A stretch of DNA of 64,000 bases, from NCBI GenBank assembly GCA_046051225.1, contig JBJOOR010000001.1:39584-103583 (forward strand). The letters are read 5' to 3'. This stretch comes from Bacteroidota bacterium (lineage in GTDB: Bacteria > Bacteroidota > Bacteroidia > Chitinophagales > CAIODY01). Under the pieces are notes generated by a model. The model ran no database searches. It was not told the origin of the DNA and was given only the letters and a program-made list of their open reading frames with translations. A program made the translations under genes and the position numbers. This document shows, in pieces, positions 51,114 to 58,838 of the stretch. Each line of letters begins with the position of its first letter. The first letter of the stretch is position 1.

Positions 51114-53252
51114 ATGGCAACTACTACCGACAAAAAACTTACTGATGCCGAAACTGCTGGTTTAAAAGGCAGTGTGAGACAAGTGAAAGAAACCATTTAC
51201 AATGCCCGAAAAAATAAAGCTGGAGTAATTTTAGCAAGGCAGGATGTAAATAAATATCAAACTCAAAATAGGCTTACCACCTATGATGAAACTGGAAGAA
51301 TGACGGAAGACATTAACTTTGGTTCGAGTGGTGCAATGAATAAAAGTAGCTTTAATGAAAAAGGGCAAATAGTTGGGCAATTAAGTCATTACGCAGGTGG
51401 TGTGCATGCTTACCGAGTTGTAATGCAATACGATAATAACGGCAATCAAATTTTATCGGAAGCTTTTGATGCTGATGGAAAGCCTATGTGGCGCACTGTT
51501 CAACTATTTGATGATAAAAACCACATGCTCGAATCGAACACCTATAATTATCATACGGGCGAAGAAAAAATATCGAATAGCAATGTTTATACTCATGATG
51601 AAAATGGAAACATGATTGATTCAAAATGTATGGATGCTGACGGAGCAATAACTTTTTGGCGCACACAAAAATACAACCATAAAAATCATGTAATTGAAAT
51701 GGTTGACTTAAACGCCGATGGCAGTGTAAAACAAACAATAGACTTTAGGTATTTGTACGACGCTAACGACAATCCAATTCCAAACAACACAGCCCAAAAT
51801 GAAGCCGAATCAAAATTGCACACTTACGAATATGAGTATGATGAAAAAGGAAATTGGATACAAAAAATTTATTTGTTTAAAAACAGAGTAACCAATTTAT
51901 ACGTTAGAGAGTTTAGCTATTTTGATGATGCCGAAATAAAAATATTACAGCCTATTAGCCCTAAAACAATTAATATGGAAGAAAATAATAAAAACGAAAA
52001 AGAACAAAAAGAAGTAAACGAACGACCACCAATTATATTTGATAAAGACGAAGTAAATTTGCTTACAACCGAGCAAGCACAATGGATTGCTGAAGGCAGC
52101 CCAACGGTAGATAATTTTTCGGCGCAGCGTTATTTTGTGGCTAAAAACAACGAGTTTCCTTCTACCATTTCTATCAATAAACATTTAATGGATCCTATTG
52201 CGTTGTTACAATTGCTTCAACTAAATATGGAAGCTGAAATAATTCATAGCTACAGTTCTTACTATCAAAATAGCGATGAGCGATTGGTTAAGTACACGTT
52301 GGCTTTTCCCAACAATGGCTATTTATTGCAAGCGCCTGCCATATCGCAACTAAATGCTGATGAATATGATACTCCTAATTTTAGCTATCCTGAAAAATAC
52401 AATCAGTATGGTGAATCTGTTTTTTCTGGCGGTCTTATTTTGTTACACCCTAGCAATGCCTCGGGCAAACGAGATTTTGATTTTGAAGATGAATTAGAAG
52501 AGTATATTAACGAATGTACTTTTGATAAAATTCCTGAAAAGCCCACCATCAACATGATTCAGGTAAACAATGCTGGTTTTACAATGGTTGAATACCCTGT
52601 GAATGACGATTTTGAAATTAAAGATTTAGATTTGAATTACGGCAGAGGTTTTCAAAAATTTCATGACGAATTAATGGGTCGATTTCAACGCGAAAGCAAA
52701 GGGTTAGTATTGTTTCATGGCGAACCTGGCACAGGCAAAACATTTTACATCCGTCACTTATTGCGCAAAATGGCAACCAATAATAAAGTGGTAATTTATA
52801 TGCCGCCCAATATGGTTGACCATTTGGTTGAACCTGCCTTTATGACTTTTATTTCTAACCAAGTTGCTGATTATTCAGCCAATGGAAACTTCTGTGTATT
52901 ATTGATTGAAGATGCCGAACCCCTATTGGCTGCAAGGCAATCGGAAACAAGAATACAAGGCGTAACTAACTTATTAAACATGACCGATGGGTTGCTAAAC
53001 GATATGCTCAACTTGCAAATAATTTGCACCTTTAATGTGCATTTAAAAAAGTTAGACAAAGCTTTGCTTCGCCCAGGAAGGTTGCTTGCTCGAAAAGAAT
53101 TTAAGCCCTTGCCTCCTTTAGATGCTAATATTTTAGCCCAACGATTAGGCATTAAATATCATTTCGATTCATCGGCTTCGCTATCCGAAATTTATGCTAT
53201 GGTAAGTAATAAAAGCACACTAATACATGATGTAAATGATAGTGAAGATTAA
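51114..53252 (+). CDS. AAA+ ATPase with N-terminal YD-like repeat region and uncharacterised middle domain
   Basis: 712 aa. Walker A GEPGTGKT (52719-52742), Walker B VLLIEDAE, second region of homology ALLRPGRL. N-terminal about 270 aa holds repeats such as TYDETGRMTE, YDNNGNQILSEAFDADGKPMW, HDENGNMIDSKCMDADGAITFW, YDEKGNWIQK. Confidence 0.8.
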   Translation: MATTTDKKLTDAETAGLKGSVRQVKETIYNARKNKAGVILARQDVNKYQTQNRLTTYDETGRMTEDINFGSSGAMNKSSFNEKGQIVGQLSHYAGGVHAYRVVMQYDNNGNQILSEAFDADGKPMWRTVQLFDDKNHMLESNTYNYHTGEEKISNSNVYTHDENGNMIDSKCMDADGAITFWRTQKYNHKNHVIEMVDLNADGSVKQTIDFRYLYDANDNPIPNNTAQNEAESKLHTYEYEYDEKGNWIQKIYLFKNRVTNLYVREFSYFDDAEIKILQPISPKTINMEENNKNEKEQKEVNERPPIIFDKDEVNLLTTEQAQWIAEGSPTVDNFSAQRYFVAKNNEFPSTISINKHLMDPIALLQLLQLNMEAEIIHSYSSYYQNSDERLVKYTLAFPNNGYLLQAPAISQLNADEYDTPNFSYPEKYNQYGESVFSGGLILLHPSNASGKRDFDFEDELEEYINECTFDKIPEKPTINMIQVNNAGFTMVEYPVNDDFEIKDLDLNYGRGFQKFHDELMGRFQRESKGLVLFHGEPGTGKTFYIRHLLRKMATNNKVVIYMPPNMVDHLVEPAFMTFISNQVADYSANGNFCVLLIEDAEPLLAARQSETRIQGVTNLLNMTDGLLNDMLNLQIICTFNVHLKKLDKALLRPGRLLARKEFKPLPPLDANILAQRLGIKYHFDSSASLSEIYAMVSNKSTLIHDVNDSED

Positions 53253-53260
53253 AAACAAAA

Positions 53261-53289
53261 ACCGCTTCAATAAATTAATATGAAGCGGT
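53261..53289. terminator. Hairpin between the convergent AAA+ and dinB-family genes
   Basis: 9-bp stem accgcttca / tgaagcggt. T-rich flank on the minus strand, A-rich on the plus strand. Confidence 0.5.
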
Positions 53290-53313
53290 TTAAAAAAATT
53301 ATTGATAAAAAAA

Positions 53314-53811
53314 TTACATCATTCTATCATCGGCGCTTGGGCCATAGATGCCAGGCAATGGCACATCTAACAAGCGCAAATAAACCGATAATTGCCCACG
53401 ATGATGTACAAAATGATTGTATGATAAATTGCGGATAGCTGCTTTACGTGGCAATTCCATCAACACTTTTTCGCCCATTCTAAATTTCCAAACTTCATCT
53501 AATTTAGCCATTGAAGTATTTTCTAATGCTTTTAAAGTAGCATTTACACCATTGTTAAATGTTTCAAGCAATTCTTCTTTTGTAAAAGGCTGATACTTTG
53601 AAAACATGGGATTCGTAATATCATATTCGGGTGTAGTTAAAATAATATTTGCAATGGCTGGAATACGAGCTACATGCAAACTTAAGCCACCAAGCGTTGA
53701 TGATTTTTCATGCGGACGCCATTCTAACTTTTCAATAGGTATACGTTCTAATAATTTAATAGTGGTTGAAGCTTCGTGCTTCAATTCGTTCATTAAGCCA
53801 ATGTTTAGCAT
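53314..53811 (-). CDS. DinB-family (four-helix-bundle metalloenzyme-like) protein
   Basis: 165 aa. Size and the HFVHHRGQLSVYLR motif are typical of the DinB/YfiT superfamily. Confidence 0.75.
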   Translation of the reverse strand: MLNIGLMNELKHEASTTIKLLERIPIEKLEWRPHEKSSTLGGLSLHVARIPAIANIILTTPEYDITNPMFSKYQPFTKEELLETFNNGVNATLKALENTSMAKLDEVWKFRMGEKVLMELPRKAAIRNLSYNHFVHHRGQLSVYLRLLDVPLPGIYGPSADDRMM

Positions 53812-53867
53812 ATTGTTTTGTTTTTAGTAAGGCGAAGATATTGATTTTGTGCAAAAAAACTTTGCTT

Positions 53868-56471
53868 TTACATATCCCTCAAAGTATTTATCATGTTGTC
53901 AAAATCGAATGCGCCGCTTGGTGCATTGTTTTCAAACACCATAAAATAAAAAACTTTTTGGCTACTATATTTGGTGTAAAAACCACCCAATTTTATTTTC
54001 TTTTCAGCATGAAATGGTTCGCCTTTGGTTTCAATCAGAATTATTTTTTTGCTTTTGGTGTACACCATAAAATCGGGATAGTGATTGATGAAACCATTGA
54101 TTTCAAAGCCTTTTCGGCTTTGATTGCGATGCCAAAATTCTATGTTCTCCAATTCTTCTAAAATGCCTTTCATCTTGCTTTCCAAACTATTTACCGCTTC
54201 TTCTTTGGTGTACAAACCATAATTGCCCGATGGTGCTGATTTTGTTAAAGTTATTGTAGCAGGAAAATGATAAGAATCTTTTAAAACGATAGAAGTATTT
54301 AATCGTTTTTCAAATTCTGTTTCAGCATGAGCAATCATAAAATCTTGAATCTTCTTTTTCAATTTTGCTGCATACAATTCGGGGCTTTGTTTTAACTCGG
54401 CTAATTTATTTTCATCCAAATCCTCGATTACTCGTTTGGTATATTTTTTTAGTTCGGGTTGTGTAATGGGCGGCATCTTGCCCATGTTATCAATCACAAT
54501 ATTGGCTAAAGAAATTAATTGATTTTCGTTGCTTAAAGCATTGATGTGTTTGATGATTTCTTCTCTGGTTTTTGCATTTAGTTTTACGGCTTGTGGTAAA
54601 TATTCTTTGTTGCCTTCTGCCACTAAATCTATTTCACGAATGTTGACCGAAATGCTATCAAAATTTATTTTTGTGCCTTCTTGCGATAGCTTAAAATTGC
54701 TCAATAACCATTCTCTATCTACCAAACAATAATCAGCATTATTCAACATACTTTTTTGTTCGTTGATACGCATAAATTGAGGAATGGCAATAGTTTCAAC
54801 CAGTTCTGCATATTTATCTCTAACTTTTATAGGGGTCATCATTTCTTCATTTAATGGTGTGGTGGCTAAATCATTATCGCCTATTTCGTTTACCAAATTT
54901 TCTAAATTATCATAAGCCAAAGCAGAGCGATTTTTTATTTCTTCTAAAATAATTTGTGTTGTTTTTTGGTTAGGTTGATAGTTGTCGCTTATCAATTCAT
55001 CAACAGTTTTTTCAGTTTCTTTATTTTCAAAAATCATTTTTTGTTCTTGCACAATAGGTAAAATTTCTTCTTCGACTTCTATGCTAATCACCACTTTATC
55101 TCGTGTATTATTTTTGCTGAAACCTTGTTTGTTTAAGGCTTCTACAATGCTTTCTAAAGTTCGTTGAAAATCAATATTGCAAGTAAATACATAACTCATG
55201 TTCAGCATTTTATCAGCTTGCTTGGTGGCATTAGGCAATCGTAAAATTCTTCCTAAAATTTGTTCCACTTCTACTGGCGCACTGCGATTAGCAATGGTTG
55301 CCAAAATGTATGCAAACGGACAATCCCAACCTTCTTTCAACGCATTGATGGTGATGATAAAACGAATATCACAATCTTGTTTTGATAAATCAATTCCTTT
55401 CAATTCATTGATAGTAGCGTTTTTGATGGCAATATGTTTTTCATTCAAGCCATAAACTTTGATTAATTTTTCTTTTAGTTTTTGAAATGTTATCGCATCA
55501 TCATTGCCTTTACTTTGTGCTTGAAACAATACAATGGGGCGAATATATGCGCCACCATTTTTAAAATTTTCAACAGCTAATGTTTCCAAATTCTTTTGCA
55601 AATTGATAGCACTTTCAATCACATCTTCGGTGCTGTTGTGATTATAAACCACCACTGGCAACTTAACCATGTTTTCTTTTTTCAACGCCATGCTATCAGC
55701 AATAGAAATTACATTGCTGTTTTCTTTTGGAGTGGCTGTTAAATCTAAAATGAAACTGGGGTTTAAATCTTTCAGCATATCCACACTCAAATTGCTTTCA
55801 GCATTATGGCTTTCATCCACAATGCAAACAGGGCTCAACTGCCTGATAACATTGATTAAGCTGTTTTCATCTACACCATCTTTTTGCAAAAACAAACCTC
55901 TATCTGTAGCATTATTTACAAACGAAAGCAATGCACCATTATCCTGATAAATTTTGCGGTCTTCTTTATTTTTTATTCTTAAAGAAGCAAAACTTAACAC
56001 CATGATGCTCAGATTTTCTTTTACCGAAGTAGCATTAAATGATTGTGCATTGAGCAATTCTTTGCTGTCGTAAATTTCAACTCGATGACTAAATAAGTCA
56101 TTCAGTTTTTGACGATAAGGATGTGCTGCATCTTTTAAATTTTTTAGTGTTTGTTCTAAAATGGCATTTGATGGCACTAACCAAACTACCAACTTACTTT
56201 GCGCTTGCACATAATTAAATATTGAGCCTAAAGCATTGCAAGCTAAAAAGGTTTTGCCGCCACCAGTAGGCACTTTGATGCACACATGAGGCACTTGTGG
56301 AATGCTTGATTTATAAGGCGGCATGCCATTAAAATCGGCAGAAGAAATAGGAAATCCTTTAGCAGCCCAATGTTTTTCGTAAGCCAATTTGATGTTGTTT
56401 TCTTCTTTTAATTGTTGAAGAAAACTATCCAAATCGTTGATGATTAAGCGTTGATATTTTTTTAGTTCCAT
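53868..56471 (-). CDS. res: Type III restriction enzyme Res subunit (SF2 helicase + C-terminal PD-(D/E)xK-like nuclease)
   Basis: 867 aa. Motif I KVPTGGGKT, motif II IVDESHN, motif VI QILGRILR. C-terminal YPDF...LIETKGE nuclease-like motif. Confidence 0.9.
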   Translation of the reverse strand: MELKKYQRLIINDLDSFLQQLKEENNIKLAYEKHWAAKGFPISSADFNGMPPYKSSIPQVPHVCIKVPTGGGKTFLACNALGSIFNYVQAQSKLVVWLVPSNAILEQTLKNLKDAAHPYRQKLNDLFSHRVEIYDSKELLNAQSFNATSVKENLSIMVLSFASLRIKNKEDRKIYQDNGALLSFVNNATDRGLFLQKDGVDENSLINVIRQLSPVCIVDESHNAESNLSVDMLKDLNPSFILDLTATPKENSNVISIADSMALKKENMVKLPVVVYNHNSTEDVIESAINLQKNLETLAVENFKNGGAYIRPIVLFQAQSKGNDDAITFQKLKEKLIKVYGLNEKHIAIKNATINELKGIDLSKQDCDIRFIITINALKEGWDCPFAYILATIANRSAPVEVEQILGRILRLPNATKQADKMLNMSYVFTCNIDFQRTLESIVEALNKQGFSKNNTRDKVVISIEVEEEILPIVQEQKMIFENKETEKTVDELISDNYQPNQKTTQIILEEIKNRSALAYDNLENLVNEIGDNDLATTPLNEEMMTPIKVRDKYAELVETIAIPQFMRINEQKSMLNNADYCLVDREWLLSNFKLSQEGTKINFDSISVNIREIDLVAEGNKEYLPQAVKLNAKTREEIIKHINALSNENQLISLANIVIDNMGKMPPITQPELKKYTKRVIEDLDENKLAELKQSPELYAAKLKKKIQDFMIAHAETEFEKRLNTSIVLKDSYHFPATITLTKSAPSGNYGLYTKEEAVNSLESKMKGILEELENIEFWHRNQSRKGFEINGFINHYPDFMVYTKSKKIILIETKGEPFHAEKKIKLGGFYTKYSSQKVFYFMVFENNAPSGAFDFDNMINTLRDM

Positions 56472-56495
56472 TGATTTGTTTTGTCTTTTTATTTC

Positions 56496-56820
56496 GTCCC
56501 TATGGGACTTATTTTATTTCACACCATTTCTTTTTACCGATATTTAATCCCTAACGGGATTTTTTTTTATTGCTGCTTTGTTTGTTTTCTCTTGCTGTGC
56601 CATAGGCACAAAATATCGGTAGAAAGCATTGTCCGTAGCTTGTTTTAAGTTCCGTAGGAACGATATATTTTAGTTCCATTGTTTTTTTTGTTTCGTTTTT
56701 TATCCCTAAGGGATAATATGTTTATAGCAAAATAATTTGTTCGTCTGTTGTTCGACCCCGATGGGGTCGCATGTTCTATATTGGTTGCTATTGCTATAAA
56801 CATTTGAACCCTACGGGTTC
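56496..56820. repeat. Array of seven short GC-rich hairpins at about 51 bp phase filling the mod-res spacer
   Basis: gtccc-tat-gggac 56496-56508; atccc-taac-gggat 56547-56560; gtgcc-ata-ggcac 56597-56609; gttcc-gta-ggaac 56649-56661; atccc-taa-gggat 56702-56714; cgacccc-gat-ggggtcg 56753-56769; gaaccc-tac-gggttc 56806-56820. Six of the seven carry a conserved AT-rich flank word (TACCGATATTT / CTATAAACAT type) on one side. Confidence 0.75.
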
Positions 56821-56840
56821 GATTCTGTTTGTTTTCATGG

Positions 56841-58418
56841 TTATAGTTTTGAAATATCTCGTGGGATTTTTTTGAAAATGATATTGTGTTTCAACAAAAA
56901 TTTATCGGATAGCAAACACATATCGGCGTAGATGATGTATTGTTCTGCCTTTTGTTTTACGTGCATTAAATAAGCATCATCCAGCGTTGTAACTTCATCG
57001 GGGGTGTAATGAAAATAAATTCCCGTTTCATTAAACTTGCCTAAATAGCCTTCGGATGTGGCTTTGGCGGTGTAAGGCGCATGTGTTTCGGCATACCAAA
57101 TGTATTGATGGATTTTGTGCAAAGCCAATTTTGCATTCAAATTATGTTCTTCATCCAATACCGTTTCGCCTAAAGTGTAGTAAGTGAAACCGCCGCCTGT
57201 GCCTTCGGTTTCAGCATAACCATTCATCACTCTTTTCACTCTTTCGGCAGTAATAGTTTCAGCATAGTTTTCCATTTCAACCAAAATAAATTTTCGGTTG
57301 CCACCATCTTGTTTGTTTAAATTTAAAATGGCATGAGCCGTAGTACCGCTACCAGCAAAGGAATCGAGAATGATGGAATTTTTATCTGCAAGGAAATTGA
57401 TTAAATATTCTACGAGTGAAACAGGTTTGGGAAAGGAGAATGTTTTTTCGTTAAAAATGCTTTCAATTAATTTTGCAGCATCTTCATTTGTTTCAACATT
57501 ACATTCTTCTTTGCTGATGATATTTGATGGGGTTTTTATCCTAATTCCGTCTCTCATGTACCGAATACTGAAGTTCGAACTTTTGATAAAAAAAATGGTT
57601 TCTTCTTCGACTTCTTTGTCTAAAGTTTGTTGAGTCCATTTAAAATTTCCTTCAAGAATAAAATCTTCTATTGCTCTACCATCCTGTATATTTACATCGG
57701 TTAGAAGATTTACTTTGTTATATCTTTTTGCTTCATAAAATCCATTTGGGATTTTAAAAACAACGCTCTCTTTTTTGAATTTTAAACTCACAAGAGCATT
57801 ACCTGCATTTAGTAAAGGCATATCACCTCCTCCAGAATTTCCACCATTAAAAAATTTTTGAGTACTCGATTTCTGATAACAAAATAGAGGCTCAAATTTT
57901 TTTCTAACAGTGTTTGAAAGGCTTGGTGGAGTTGATGTTCGTTTCCAATAAAATGTTGCTACAAAATTTGCACTTCCAAAAATTTCATCACAAAGCAATT
58001 TCAAATTGGCTTGTTCATTATCATCAATTGAAATGAAAATTGCACCATCATCGCTTAATAATTTGTGCAACAATTTTAATCGGGGATACATCATGCACAG
58101 CCATTTATCGTGCCTTGTTAAGTCTTCGGCTTCTTTGCCCACCACTTGCCCCAACCACTTTTTTATTTTTGGGTCGTTTACATTATCGTTGTACACCCAG
58201 CCTTCGTTGCCTGTGTTGTATGGTGGGTCAATGTAAATACATTTGATGCGACCTTCGTATTCAGGCAGCAAACTTTTTAGGGCTAATAAATTATCGGCAT
58301 GAATGATTTTGTTTTCAGATTGTTCGCCAAAGCTGTATTCTTCATTTAGTGTATGAAATGGCACATCTAAATGATGATTGATTACTTTTTCTTTTCCTAT
58401 CCAATTTAATGTGGGCAT
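56841..58418 (-). CDS. mod: Type III R-M DNA methyltransferase Mod (N6-adenine, beta-class)
   Basis: 525 aa. CIYIDPPYNTGNEGW (motif IV DPPY) precedes ILDSFAGSGTT (motif I). Confidence 0.9.
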   Translation of the reverse strand: MPTLNWIGKEKVINHHLDVPFHTLNEEYSFGEQSENKIIHADNLLALKSLLPEYEGRIKCIYIDPPYNTGNEGWVYNDNVNDPKIKKWLGQVVGKEAEDLTRHDKWLCMMYPRLKLLHKLLSDDGAIFISIDDNEQANLKLLCDEIFGSANFVATFYWKRTSTPPSLSNTVRKKFEPLFCYQKSSTQKFFNGGNSGGGDMPLLNAGNALVSLKFKKESVVFKIPNGFYEAKRYNKVNLLTDVNIQDGRAIEDFILEGNFKWTQQTLDKEVEEETIFFIKSSNFSIRYMRDGIRIKTPSNIISKEECNVETNEDAAKLIESIFNEKTFSFPKPVSLVEYLINFLADKNSIILDSFAGSGTTAHAILNLNKQDGGNRKFILVEMENYAETITAERVKRVMNGYAETEGTGGGFTYYTLGETVLDEEHNLNAKLALHKIHQYIWYAETHAPYTAKATSEGYLGKFNETGIYFHYTPDEVTTLDDAYLMHVKQKAEQYIIYADMCLLSDKFLLKHNIIFKKIPRDISKL

Positions 58419-58469
58419 TTTTCCTTTTGCTGTTGTTGAGCCTAAGGAATTTTCGGCAGGTTTTTATTC

Positions 58470-58660
58470 AAAAAAATTAGGCGTATTCCTCTGCGTAATT
58501 TTCAATCTGCGAAAGGAGCTTCGACATTCCCATGTAGACTTGAAAGCAGCAAAGGATACGCCCTTTCGGACGCATCCCTAAACTGTTTCTGTCTACATTT
58601 TGATAAAATTGTCGAAGCTTTATCGCTGACGAAACATTTAGCAACGCTAATGTTGTGATA
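58470..58660 (-). ncRNA. Candidate structured leader/ncRNA upstream of mod (rod of three nested helices capped by a GAAA tetraloop, plus alternative terminator-like helix)
   Basis: Plus-strand coordinates: P1 58517-58525/58611-58619 (9 bp), P2 58532-58539/58591-58598 (8 bp), P3 58554-58563/58568-58577 (10 bp). On the minus strand P3 is GGAUGCGUCC-GAAA-GGGCGUAUCC with two G-U pairs that would be A-C mismatches on the plus strand. A-run 58470-58476 gives U7 on the minus strand. Confidence 0.35.
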
Positions 58661-58838
58661 TGTGTTTGTTAATCGGTTATGTCATTTTTTGTTTTTGTTG
58701 AAAGCCAAAAGTATGTAAATGCAAATTGTGTTGCAATAGATTGATGATTGATTTTTTAATTCTCATTTCGTAATCGATTCTAAAGAAAGAATAATATGAT
58801 ACTCTTTCACACCAATTGAAAAATTTTCTTAGTAAAGA

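Noticed and set aside
53766-54161. 131-aa plus-strand ORF spanning the DinB start and the res 3' end
   Set aside because: It is antisense to two well-supported genes and has low-complexity, Phe/Lys-rich composition typical of shadow ORFs in AT-rich DNA. The same reasoning applies to the other short antisense or alternate-frame ORFs in the track, for example 641-877, 12876-13325, 24451-24810, 33537-33875, 43271-43603 and 44488-44916.
56553-56683. The 42-codon MELK... ORF as a genuine small protein gene
   Set aside because: Its sequence is dictated by the hairpin units it crosses (VPTEL, FLPIFCAYGT are translations of the repeat). I keep it only as a possible decoy/uORF in a finding.
56806-56830. 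tRNA fragment or T-arm (gggttcgattc resembles GGTTCGAATCC)
   Set aside because: No acceptor, D or anticodon arms can be drawn. The hairpin is one member of the seven-unit palindrome series.
56472-56840. Possible CRISPR array, because of regularly spaced palindromic repeats at about 51 bp period
   Set aside because: The repeats are only 13-17 nt and differ in sequence from one another. Some units are inverted, no cas genes are nearby, and the intervening segments share flank words, so they do not look like unique spacers.
57588-57595. Homopolymer (A8 on plus, T8 in mod sense) as a phase-variation tract in mod
   Set aside because: Eight bases is short for slipped-strand switching, such runs are common in this AT-rich genome, and I saw no longer tetra- or pentanucleotide repeat tracts in mod or res.
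58541-58580. SRP (4.5S) RNA, suggested by GAAAGCAGCAAAGG resembling the GGAAGCAGCCAAGG of domain IV
   Set aside because: The conserved motif is on the wrong side of the loop on the plus strand. On the minus strand the residues after the GAAA tetraloop do not match the SRP symmetric and asymmetric loops, and no complementary 5' strand motif is present.
58378-58581. 67-aa plus-strand ORF, and the 64-aa ORF at 59200-59394
   Set aside because: The first overlaps the mod start and runs through the structured-RNA candidate. The second overlaps the DUF1016 start and the divergent promoter region. Neither has any motif or start context.
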